A DNA stretch of 30,772 bases, from positions 1 to 30,772 of the IMG/VR virus record IMGVR_UViG_3300042349_000541; one strand, 5' to 3'. Shown here piece after piece: positions 16,816-26,000 of the stretch. The first letter of the stretch is position 1. The number at the start of each line of letters is the position of its first letter. Below the pieces are notes generated by a model. That model had not been told where the DNA came from and ran no database searches. It worked only from the letters and a program-made list of their open reading frames with translations. The position numbers and the translations under genes are program-made. The DNA comes from a virus (lineage: Duplodnaviria; Heunggongvirae; Uroviricota; Caudoviricetes).

Positions 16816-19800
16816 TTAGTTTGTGACCTCCATTCCAAAAGAGTCCAGTGTTTTTCCGGAATCGCTTAAATTTGTTACGCTAATAATTGATGCAGCAGTT
16901 TTTGAAGTTCCGTAACAACAAAAACTTACCCACTGATTGTTTGCAACAGAAAATGTAGTGCCAGATTCAGATATTTGCTGCCAAGGAGAAGAAGGAATAG
17001 TTGTTTGGTTTCCAGTGATTTCTGTATTAGTTACTCTGTACCATAATGTAGCATCCGGTGCTGTTACTGCTTCTGTCACTCTTAAGGTTATAGGTTCTTC
17101 TATTCCTGTTATTTGTTTGCTTGTTATCGTTCCATAACCAGAACTAATTAACCAGCTTATGTTGCCCCAATTAACAGCATTCGGTGTAAAATCTTCACTA
17201 GATAACCAAAACCTATTAAATAATGGTGCCGATATAAACATTTGGTCTGACCCCGTGATTTCTATCTTGTGTCCGAACGCAGACCTGTTAAAAGGCACGT
17301 AACCTTTTGTTATATTGTTTTCTATTATAGCTCTATCCGCAGAAAGAAAGTCTTTCATAAAAGATTGAGTGTCTATAGGATCATAGAAATCTTTTTGGCA
17401 TGAAACCAATATTGTGTCAGAACCACTTTCTTTTGTAAAAAATAATTTATTTTGATGAAACAGTAAGCTAAGCCCCATGCAGTTAGATAAAAATAAATCT
17501 TCGTTAAACCCAAGAAATGTTCTTGTTATTCGCCTTTTTATGTCTCCATTAATATCGAATATAGCAATCTCAAACATTCCTCCGGTTATATTTCCGAAAG
17601 CGTCAGCAATTTCTATATAATAAGAAATAGCTATATCTCCCCAAGAAGCTATTTTAATATCTTGAATATAAGAATCATTTATTATTATACCACTCGCTGG
17701 TAAATACGGAATTATGGCTTTTTGTAGTGAAACTTTTTTATTACTTAAAGAGTATATGTAAAATTTAGGTAAATTATTTTCAATTGCTCCTGCAACCAAA
17801 TTAGACTCGTTCCAATGAGTTAATGATTGATTGCGTCCGTATCTATAAAATTCATAATCCGAAGATATTTTGTCTAGTTCTATAGTTTTAGATTTAAGTC
17901 CGAAATCTTTTGTATTTTCTGAATAAACTTTATCAACTAAAGAGTTAGTCCCAATAATTAATTCCTCTCTAGGAAATGATAAATCAAAAGCTTGCGTATT
18001 CTTGGTTAAATTGCAAAAACTGCTTAATGCGTTATCGATACTATTGATAGGTTTTGGATTATATCCTATAAATAAAGTTGTGTTTTGTGATAATGCCTCG
18101 GGGGAATCTATAAAAAGATTTAGGTTTTGAGCAGGTTTTTGAAAACATACAAGAGTTGAATTATCGTATAACTGTTGTATATTGCTGGCTATATGTAAAT
18201 TTGCTGCGGCAAGAACGCTTGACGGCCCGCTAATATTTAAACTAATTGCTTCCGGTTTATTACCAGAAAGTTCTAAAGTAATATTTGAATCTTGTTTATA
18301 AGACCCAAACAAGAATAATTTCGGAGAATCGCAATTAGACGAAGTTACAAAAGTATGTGATCCGGGAAAGACTAAATTAACGGCACCACTATTTAATATC
18401 GGCCCCATTATAAATAATGTTGTTGTGGCCTGATCTTCTACAGTTTTTAAAAATATATTAGATTGCGAATCAATAAACTCGCCAATTTTTCTACTCCCTA
18501 ATGCATAAAGCGATATATTGTTATTTCTAACACCGGAAGGATCTTCTAGTACAACATTAGGTGCTTTAATAAATAATGTTGCGTTATTTTTATATACTGA
18601 TGGCCCCAAAAATAAACTTGTATTACCGTCTACGGATATACACCCCTTAGATTGTAAAGTAAAATCTCCGTAAACTCCATAAGAACCCAATGTAAATAAG
18701 TTTGCGGCATCGGTTTGTTTAAAATTAGATGCTATGTGTAAACTTAAATACTTAAGCTGATTCACATCAAAAGATTTTACAGAAGTGAAATGCCCGCCAG
18801 ATAACTTAGGGCTATAACTAAAACTATCTCCGTAAATATTATCAACCGAAAGAATGTTTATGCTATTAGATATATCTCCAAGGTTATTGCAATTTGTAGC
18901 AACAGAATCTGATGAGCCAGCAGCAAGTACCGACTTCATCATTCTTTCGCCTGAACAATATTCGTCACTGATATTTAAATGATAGGACAGTAACTTATCG
19001 TATGCACAATAATACGACCTGCTATCAAAACCACTGTTTGATAAATTAGCACTATGAAGCTTGAAATCCATCGAACGAAGAGAATAAAAAATATCAACGC
19101 CCGAAGCAGGAACTGAGTAATTTTTATCTTCTATAACTATTCCAAATATCATCGTGTTGTTTATCTGAACCGATGGGTTGTATGTAGCTTTAGTATTATC
19201 AGATAATATTAGTGACTGACCGTTACTTAGGAGTGTTGTTGATTGTAACTGGCTACCATTCAGGGTATATTCTTGAATGATTGAAGCAGGAACTTCAAAA
19301 GTATAAGTTGTTAAGTTTCCTAGGGTAATATAATTTTTTGTATAAAATACCTTGTCGGGATTTTTAGATAATGCCCCGGCGGTAAATATTGTTTCCCCCG
19401 AAGGATCTGTATCGCTTAAAAGTAAATCCGCTGAAGTTTGAGAGCAATTATAAGTAAATTTATTTACGTATTCAGCATTTACATTTAATCTTGGATCTTT
19501 CTTGTAAAATTTTAAACCTATATCTTTAGGAAAACTAAAGCTAGAAGATTCAATAGTTAATGTTATTACGGCTTTTGTGTTAACAGTGTTTCCACTGTTT
19601 TTTGGTATGGAAAGAAAAAATACAGGAGTTGTGAATTGTACCTCCCCGCCATCACTGCCATAAGCCGTTGCTATAGTGCTTGATTCGTTGTATTTGTACA
19701 GGCTACCGTACTTAGTATGATAAAAGTTGCAGGACTCATTTAAAAGCCCGCGATTGTAATTAGCATAAAAAATTTCGTCGAATTTGAAATACGGTTGACA

Positions 19801-22800
19801 ATCAGTTATTTGGTCATCAGAATATGCACTGACATACTGTAGCTCCGGGCTTCTTCTAAAAATAGAATAGCTTGATGGGTCTTTGATCATAACTCTATCA
19901 TCTAACACTGCAAAAGATCTAGTTAAGTCATAATCCCAAGTTTTAGAAGCAAACTGGCTGTTTTCGTAGTTGTAATTACCTAAGTCCCGTAGATATTCAT
20001 TATTGCAATTAATAGAATTGTAGCTATATTTACTATTTGCCGAATTGAAAGATGCTGACAATTTTGATATGTAGGTCCATTCGTTTTTTACATTATCGTA
20101 CAGATGTAAATAATCAGACATTAACCTCGGGTCATTTTCAAATGTTTCGTAATCACTATGATTTATGTTTAGTTCGTTTTTCCAATCTAGAGAGTTTGCA
20201 CATAAGATTTTATCATTAAGTTCAAAACAGTCGCCAAACCTATCGGACGGAAAAACTATACATTCAAGATCTACTGTGTTAGTAGATTCTACGGCGGAAC
20301 CATTAATGTATGTATATTTATACAAACGCTTATTTGGTGTTAAATTCGTTCCCGATAAAATACATTCTTTTACATTAGGGTGCTCATAGTTTTTAATGTT
20401 TTCGGGCCTACCGATATTGAAATCGTAAAATCTCGCATCATTATTCTGATTTACTATTTCCTTTTGTAAAGAAAACGAATTGCCCGAAATACTATAAATA
20501 AATATCTTTGACTTGTCGTTATATGAAGATGGGTAAAAATAAGAAGATCCTACAGGTTGTCCTCTAAGTCTTTGGCTTCTTTTATCATAAAACTCAGAAG
20601 AACGAGAAGACCCAAAATAAAGTTTATTGCCGTTGAATTTAATATTTTTCGCATATCTTTCGCATTTGTCTATAATTGTGTCAATTCCGCCGCTAATACT
20701 ATTTTGCGAAACATGACTTATTTTTCCTAACTTGTTTAATGTGCCGGATTCTAAAGTATATAAATGAACATAACCGCAGTCTAGATTTGAATATGTAGAA
20801 TCACTAATCGATGTTGATAAATCCGGTCGTTTTCTGTTGTCAGATCCGCCTACATTATATACTGGCTCCAAGAGGGTTTTTGTCCTTGATGAAGTAGCTA
20901 TGTATATTTTTTGTCCTTCTATACTGATCGCAACGGACTTCCCGAAGCTATCGGAGTAGGGGTAAAACTGATTCGGAAATCCAAGAACTTTAATGTCTGA
21001 CCAAGGATTTTCAGGATCATTTTCAAATTTGAATATAGGAATTCCGAAGTTTGAAAAATATGTAGAAGCGAATGGTCTTCCGCCGTTAGCATCTTTGTCA
21101 TATATAAACGCCCCCAGAGATAGATCGTCGAAAGATAATTTATGTTCGTAATTTTTTAAGCTGTAAAGTAATGATCCGTACCAATAATTGTTGTATAAAA
21201 AAGAATCAGAGTTAGTATTCTTGAACGCAGAAAACTGACTGTAATTAATTATATTGTTATTAGTTTCATAAAAACTTTGATATATTACATTACCCAGCTT
21301 GCTAATAGGCTCGGGTTTAGATATAGACGTATCGCTATCGAACGAGTTAATAGTTCTAACGTATGTATCCGATATGGTATTACTAACTATGTCAAGTTTT
21401 AATATATGTACTTTACCGTAAGGCCCGTGATGCGGATATAAAAACGGCGAGTATTTAGGTTTTAATCCGAAAGTTATTAATTCTGTGGTATTTTGGGGAG
21501 CATCAGAACCACGCTCACCCACAGCTAAATAGTAAGACCCGTCAGAAGCCATTTTAAGGTCGATATCACTACCAAAGCGGCATCCTTTTACGAAGGTTGA
21601 CTCAGATGCCCAAAGAGTGTCTAGGGATGATATATAAGGGCTTCTTGTAAAAACAAAGCTACTGCCCGCAGGATTAGTGTTAGATAGCACACTTCTAAAA
21701 TTATCAGGAATGTCTTCATTAAGATTTATACCATAAATATCATATAGAAGTAAAAAATAGTAATCATTAATTATGCCCGTAGGTATTTTTTTAATCGGTA
21801 CTTGGGTTTTCTGCTTATTTTGATCAGCTACAAAATACACAGTTCCTTCGTCAAGACTAAATCTAGGATCGAGATATCCGTTTCGACCAGTAGGAGAAGT
21901 AAGTGTTTTTACATACTGCCATCCATCGGGCAGAGTTTCGTTATAAACATTACCAACAGCAATCCAATCTGCGTCGGGATTATTGCCGTTTACGGTAAAA
22001 GTTTTCCTAGTCATTTCGGAGTCGTCATAAAGATCCAGTGTATTATCATCTACAATTTGGACATACTTGACACCGTTTAAATCCAAGTTTTTGCCGTTAG
22101 CGTTTCGGGCACCATTAATTCTTATAATGTTTCCGTCTTTAAGTCCATGAAGATTAGATGTCACGCGACCGTTACTGCTTACCGATGTAATTCTTCCGGA
22201 TAATTTTTTGTATAAATCAATTCGCCCACATTCTACTACGGGTGTATATTTAACAAATGTTGCAAATTTACATCCCAAAAAAGAATATTTTATCGCTGAC
22301 GGAGCATGGCCATATTGATTTGATATTTGCGTAGTTATCGCCGGAAGCTTCCTGATTTCTTCGGCTGTGTCGGGCTTTATAAGTCTTAAATCCGTGTTGG
22401 AATTTCCTATGCTTGTATTTACTGTTTCTCCGTATGCGGAATATCTACTGTATAAAACGGGATAATCAATACCGTCCAAAAATGCATAACTACCTTTAAT
22501 TCCAGAAACAGAGGAATCGTATTCAAATATCTCTACTTCGCCATCTAAACTAGGCTCATAAGAAGTTAAGCCCGTCGAGGGATTAGTTATGTACCCATCA
22601 TATTGAATTATTATAAAAAGTGATTTTAAGTTTACTGACTCATGATTTAAAATTTCGCCGTTTGATCCCGAGTCAACGAAAATATCACAATTTTTTTTAT
22701 TCAATCTGGGCAATATAAACGGAGTTATACGTTTTGCTCCATATGAGTCGTAAGAAGAAAAAGACGAATCCAGTGCAGAGTACAAGCCCGATGACTGATT

Positions 22801-23076
22801 TTGTATAACAAATTTATTCATATCAGTATATTCGGGATATGCAACTACTGCTATATCTTTAGATACTAATATTTTTTTAGCACTCCACTCATGCGATAAA
22901 ACTTTATTACCAAAGTCAGATTCAAATCTTTCGGTATTTGAACATTGCATCGAATTGGAGGTATAATCCCAATCTGATACAGTTTTTATGCCTTCGGCGA
23001 TAGATTTTAAATATAACGGCAGGTTTCTTTCGTTCCTGCCATTTTGCATGAATAGTCCTACAGATTCTTTTTTCAT
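16816..23076 (-). CDS. Giant tail fibre/adhesin-like virion protein (FG-GAP-like propellers, FCCH-like domain, beta-repeat stalk)
   Basis: 2086 aa directly after the TMP. Blades 'RFGSDIDL..LAVGE..GKVHI', 'SFGKSVAIS..GYVHLY', 'RFGDCFEL' and 'AFGHKIEI..FISAP'; domain 'TSNLHGLKDGNIIRI.G..LNG..V..VDDNTLDL'; repeat array at 18058-18750. Confidence 0.68.
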   Translation of the reverse strand: MKKESVGLFMQNGRNERNLPLYLKSIAEGIKTVSDWDYTSNSMQCSNTERFESDFGNKVLSHEWSAKKILVSKDIAVVAYPEYTDMNKFVIQNQSSGLYSALDSSFSSYDSYGAKRITPFILPRLNKKNCDIFVDSGSNGEILNHESVNLKSLFIIIQYDGYITNPSTGLTSYEPSLDGEVEIFEYDSSVSGIKGSYAFLDGIDYPVLYSRYSAYGETVNTSIGNSNTDLRLIKPDTAEEIRKLPAITTQISNQYGHAPSAIKYSFLGCKFATFVKYTPVVECGRIDLYKKLSGRITSVSSNGRVTSNLHGLKDGNIIRINGARNANGKNLDLNGVKYVQIVDDNTLDLYDDSEMTRKTFTVNGNNPDADWIAVGNVYNETLPDGWQYVKTLTSPTGRNGYLDPRFSLDEGTVYFVADQNKQKTQVPIKKIPTGIINDYYFLLLYDIYGINLNEDIPDNFRSVLSNTNPAGSSFVFTRSPYISSLDTLWASESTFVKGCRFGSDIDLKMASDGSYYLAVGERGSDAPQNTTELITFGLKPKYSPFLYPHHGPYGKVHILKLDIVSNTISDTYVRTINSFDSDTSISKPEPISKLGNVIYQSFYETNNNIINYSQFSAFKNTNSDSFLYNNYWYGSLLYSLKNYEHKLSFDDLSLGAFIYDKDANGGRPFASTYFSNFGIPIFKFENDPENPWSDIKVLGFPNQFYPYSDSFGKSVAISIEGQKIYIATSSRTKTLLEPVYNVGGSDNRKRPDLSTSISDSTYSNLDCGYVHLYTLESGTLNKLGKISHVSQNSISGGIDTIIDKCERYAKNIKFNGNKLYFGSSRSSEFYDKRSQRLRGQPVGSSYFYPSSYNDKSKIFIYSISGNSFSLQKEIVNQNNDARFYDFNIGRPENIKNYEHPNVKECILSGTNLTPNKRLYKYTYINGSAVESTNTVDLECIVFPSDRFGDCFELNDKILCANSLDWKNELNINHSDYETFENDPRLMSDYLHLYDNVKNEWTYISKLSASFNSANSKYSYNSINCNNEYLRDLGNYNYENSQFASKTWDYDLTRSFAVLDDRVMIKDPSSYSIFRRSPELQYVSAYSDDQITDCQPYFKFDEIFYANYNRGLLNESCNFYHTKYGSLYKYNESSTIATAYGSDGGEVQFTTPVFFLSIPKNSGNTVNTKAVITLTIESSSFSFPKDIGLKFYKKDPRLNVNAEYVNKFTYNCSQTSADLLLSDTDPSGETIFTAGALSKNPDKVFYTKNYITLGNLTTYTFEVPASIIQEYTLNGSQLQSTTLLSNGQSLILSDNTKATYNPSVQINNTMIFGIVIEDKNYSVPASGVDIFYSLRSMDFKLHSANLSNSGFDSRSYYCAYDKLLSYHLNISDEYCSGERMMKSVLAAGSSDSVATNCNNLGDISNSINILSVDNIYGDSFSYSPKLSGGHFTSVKSFDVNQLKYLSLHIASNFKQTDAANLFTLGSYGVYGDFTLQSKGCISVDGNTSLFLGPSVYKNNATLFIKAPNVVLEDPSGVRNNNISLYALGSRKIGEFIDSQSNIFLKTVEDQATTTLFIMGPILNSGAVNLVFPGSHTFVTSSNCDSPKLFLFGSYKQDSNITLELSGNKPEAISLNISGPSSVLAAANLHIASNIQQLYDNSTLVCFQKPAQNLNLFIDSPEALSQNTTLFIGYNPKPINSIDNALSSFCNLTKNTQAFDLSFPREELIIGTNSLVDKVYSENTKDFGLKSKTIELDKISSDYEFYRYGRNQSLTHWNESNLVAGAIENNLPKFYIYSLSNKKVSLQKAIIPYLPASGIIINDSYIQDIKIASWGDIAISYYIEIADAFGNITGGMFEIAIFDINGDIKRRITRTFLGFNEDLFLSNCMGLSLLFHQNKLFFTKESGSDTILVSCQKDFYDPIDTQSFMKDFLSADRAIIENNITKGYVPFNRSAFGHKIEITGSDQMFISAPLFNRFWLSSEDFTPNAVNWGNISWLISSGYGTITSKQITGIEEPITLRVTEAVTAPDATLWYRVTNTEITGNQTTIPSSPWQQISESGTTFSVANNQWVSFCCYGTSKTAASIISVTNLSDSGKTLDSFGMEVTN
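18058..18750 (-). repeat. Degenerate protein-level repeat array (~13-18 aa period, core xLFIxG)
   Basis: LSLHIAS, ANLFTLG, FTLQSKG, TSLFLGP, ATLFIKA, ISLYALG, SNIFLKT, TTLFIMG, VNLVFPG, PKLFLFG, ITLELSG, ISLNISG, ANLHIAS, STLVCFQ, LNLFIDS, TTLFIGY. Confidence 0.75.
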
Positions 23077-23078
23077 TT

Positions 23079-26000
23079 CTATGCTGTCCTAAAACTTGAG
23101 TTACGTTTGCTAAATTCTTCCGTAACTATTTGTCCGATGTATTCCCCGAGCGAATCTCTTAGCTGTGTAGCTATGCTATCAGTATTTACACCAGCGATAT
23201 TGATTTGCCCATCTATGTTTAAAGTATGAGTCATTGTCATATTAGAGAAGGAATCGGATATTTTTTGTAATGTATCTGTGAAACTTCTCATGCTAGTTAT
23301 GACAGGTTCAAACGATGGTGCGGCCTGTGCCACCGCATTACCCGGAACTGCCACTGCGTTTTGAGGCTGAAATATTGGAACAGCGTTAGGTGCCATAACC
23401 GGGGCGTTAGGAACTGCCTGAGGCTGTTGTTGTCCGCCAGCAGCCGGATTCACAAAACCTTGCTTAATAACGTTAACCATTTCTAAGTAGGACTTCGTGA
23501 CTTCTCTTTGGGCATCTATTAATGCCTGTTGAGCAATTAATTCTTGTTTATTTATATCGGCAAGTTCTTGCTTGAGTTTCTTTTCAGCAGCAACATCTTT
23601 ACCTTCTACAATATCTATAGCGGCCTGAGCTTGTTTATCGCCTATCAAACCCATAGCCTGTTGTTGCTTGATGGCATCAACTTGAATTTTTCTGAACATT
23701 TGACCGACAGCACCTTCCGGATTTGCTTCGGCTAATTGTTTCATAAAATCTGACACTTGCCCCTTAAGATCGTCAGGCAGGACGTTAAAATTGCCAGTAC
23801 GCATAACTTGTTGTAGGCCAGCAGCTTGTTCTGCCATAGCAAATTTTTGCTCGGTAGTTCCAAATGCAAAAGACTCCACTCTGTTTTTAACAAGTTCTTT
23901 TTGTACCTGAATTCTAGATATTTGCTCCATTTTGTCAGAAGCTCTATCGCTCTGATCGGTCAAACGGCCCAGAACAGTAGTTAATGCATTTGCTTGTGAT
24001 TCAAGACCTTGATTTGCGAGATTTAAATTTGCTCTCTTTTTAACATCAAGATTTGGGTCAGATAGTTGTTGTTTATTTGCCTGTATTTGAGCATTAATTC
24101 CAGTTAGGCTTTGCCCTAATTGGCCAGCACTTCCGCTTCTGAGACCGACATCGCCAAGCATTTGAGCATCTTTTGCCTGTCTAAATGCTTCTCTATTAGC
24201 TTCAAGCTGAGCTTTTTGTGAAGGCATTAATGTGCTAACAGAAGCCATTCGTTCCATTCCGCGAGAACGTATGTCTATAGATCCAGATCTTAACTGAATT
24301 AGCTTATTTTGTTCTTCTATAAGGGCTGCATTAACACCCCTGAGTTGTTCTACGAAATTATTTGCATTTTCGCCCGCAGCAATTAATACATCAGCAAATT
24401 TCTGTCCGGAATCAGAAATAACCTTACCGATATCGGCAATTTGACTTAATTCTAGATTGCCTTCGGATAGATTTTCGTATAACTTATTTATTACTTGGTC
24501 TTGTATGACTGTATCAAGAGAAGAAAACTCAGGTATATTTTTAGATATCTCGTTGGAAATATCCGTTCTAGTCTTAGATGCATCCACTCCGGGCTTAATA
24601 ACTTTTCGTAATTCATTTAAGCCTGTGAATAAACCACTTGTAGTTGTTAGATTTTTAAATTGGTCTGATGCAGATCCGGCAGTTGTAGCCTTTTGAGCTA
24701 ATGCAGCACCGCCCGGAACAAGTGACGCTAGAGAGTTAGCGGTATTTTTAAATGCACCGATATCGCCTACTTGAGATATGTCTCTTAGTCTGTCAGTATT
24801 AAATCCACCTCCCGACTCTCCACGCAGTACAGACACTTTAGACTGGGCATCTTGCATACTAAGTGTTTGCGATGTAACGGACTTCATCGCATTATTAAAT
24901 TGTTGCATTAATGTAATTTCAGCAGTACGAACTGCTATAGCAGTTTCTATTTTATCTATTTCAAACTGTCTTGCATCTACACTTCTTTGTGCAGCAGCTT
25001 GTCTAGCGGCCCTATCTTCGGATGCTGCTATTTGAGCTTTAGCACGATCAGGTTCATCAGAAGCGGCTGCTGTTGCAACCTCAAGTGCGTCAAGCATATT
25101 TATAAATGTTCTGTCTTGACCTTCGCCGCTTATTGACTTTATTAAATTATCAATTTCCGAACTTGTAGATGCCTTGCTTAATCTTTCGGCAAGGTTGGCA
25201 TTAAATTGATCTGCCTGTGTAGATCTTGCTTGTTTTGCAACTTCTCTACTTTGAGCTAAAGCCTCTTCCGATTTTGATACCCTTTCTCTAAAAGCATCAA
25301 TGTCTTTAGTGCTAGTCCATAACCAGCCAGCAAAAGTAGATGTTTGATCTTCGGCATCCTTTAGGGCCACGCTTGCAGTCATAGCCGCTGCTCTAGTTTG
25401 GTCTAATGACTTCGCGGCATCTATGGCTCCCTGAGAAGCTAATTTATTAGCATCTTCGGTCTTAAGAGTTCCACTTCTTAATTTGTCTATAGTTTTACCG
25501 AAATTATAAGAAGATTTTGCAGCAACATATTGAGCCTTAACGCTTGCGTCGATAGATTTCTCATCAAGTGTTGGTTGTTTATACATATAATCCGATGCAG
25601 CAGACCCTACGCCTGCACCGACAGCACCACCTAGAATTGCACCCGCAGCACCACCGATGGCACCACCAACAGCAGTGCCTAACACCGGAACAACAGATCC
25701 TAGTGCAGCACCGGCAGTAGCACCGGCATAAGCACCGCCAATACCAGTCGGCAGACCAGAAAAGAAGCCCATAGATCTTCCTCTATTGGCTTTATCTTGA
25801 AGTCCGTAAGCTTCTCTTGATCTTTTTTGTAATTCTTCAAGGCTTATATTTCCCCCTACAGAAACTTTTTCTAAATCTTTAGATATAAGCCCCTGCTTCT
25901 TTTGTGCTTCTTGAGTTTTTTGACTTGCTAAAAAATTACTTGTACCGGCAGCAGCAGCCCCTGCTAATGCTAAATTGCCAAAAGTTAACCCCTTACTTGC

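Noticed and set aside
16816-17200. Diversity-generating retroelement target at the fibre C-terminus
   Set aside because: No reverse transcriptase or adenine-mismatched template repeat is visible in the window; it cannot be excluded elsewhere in the genome.
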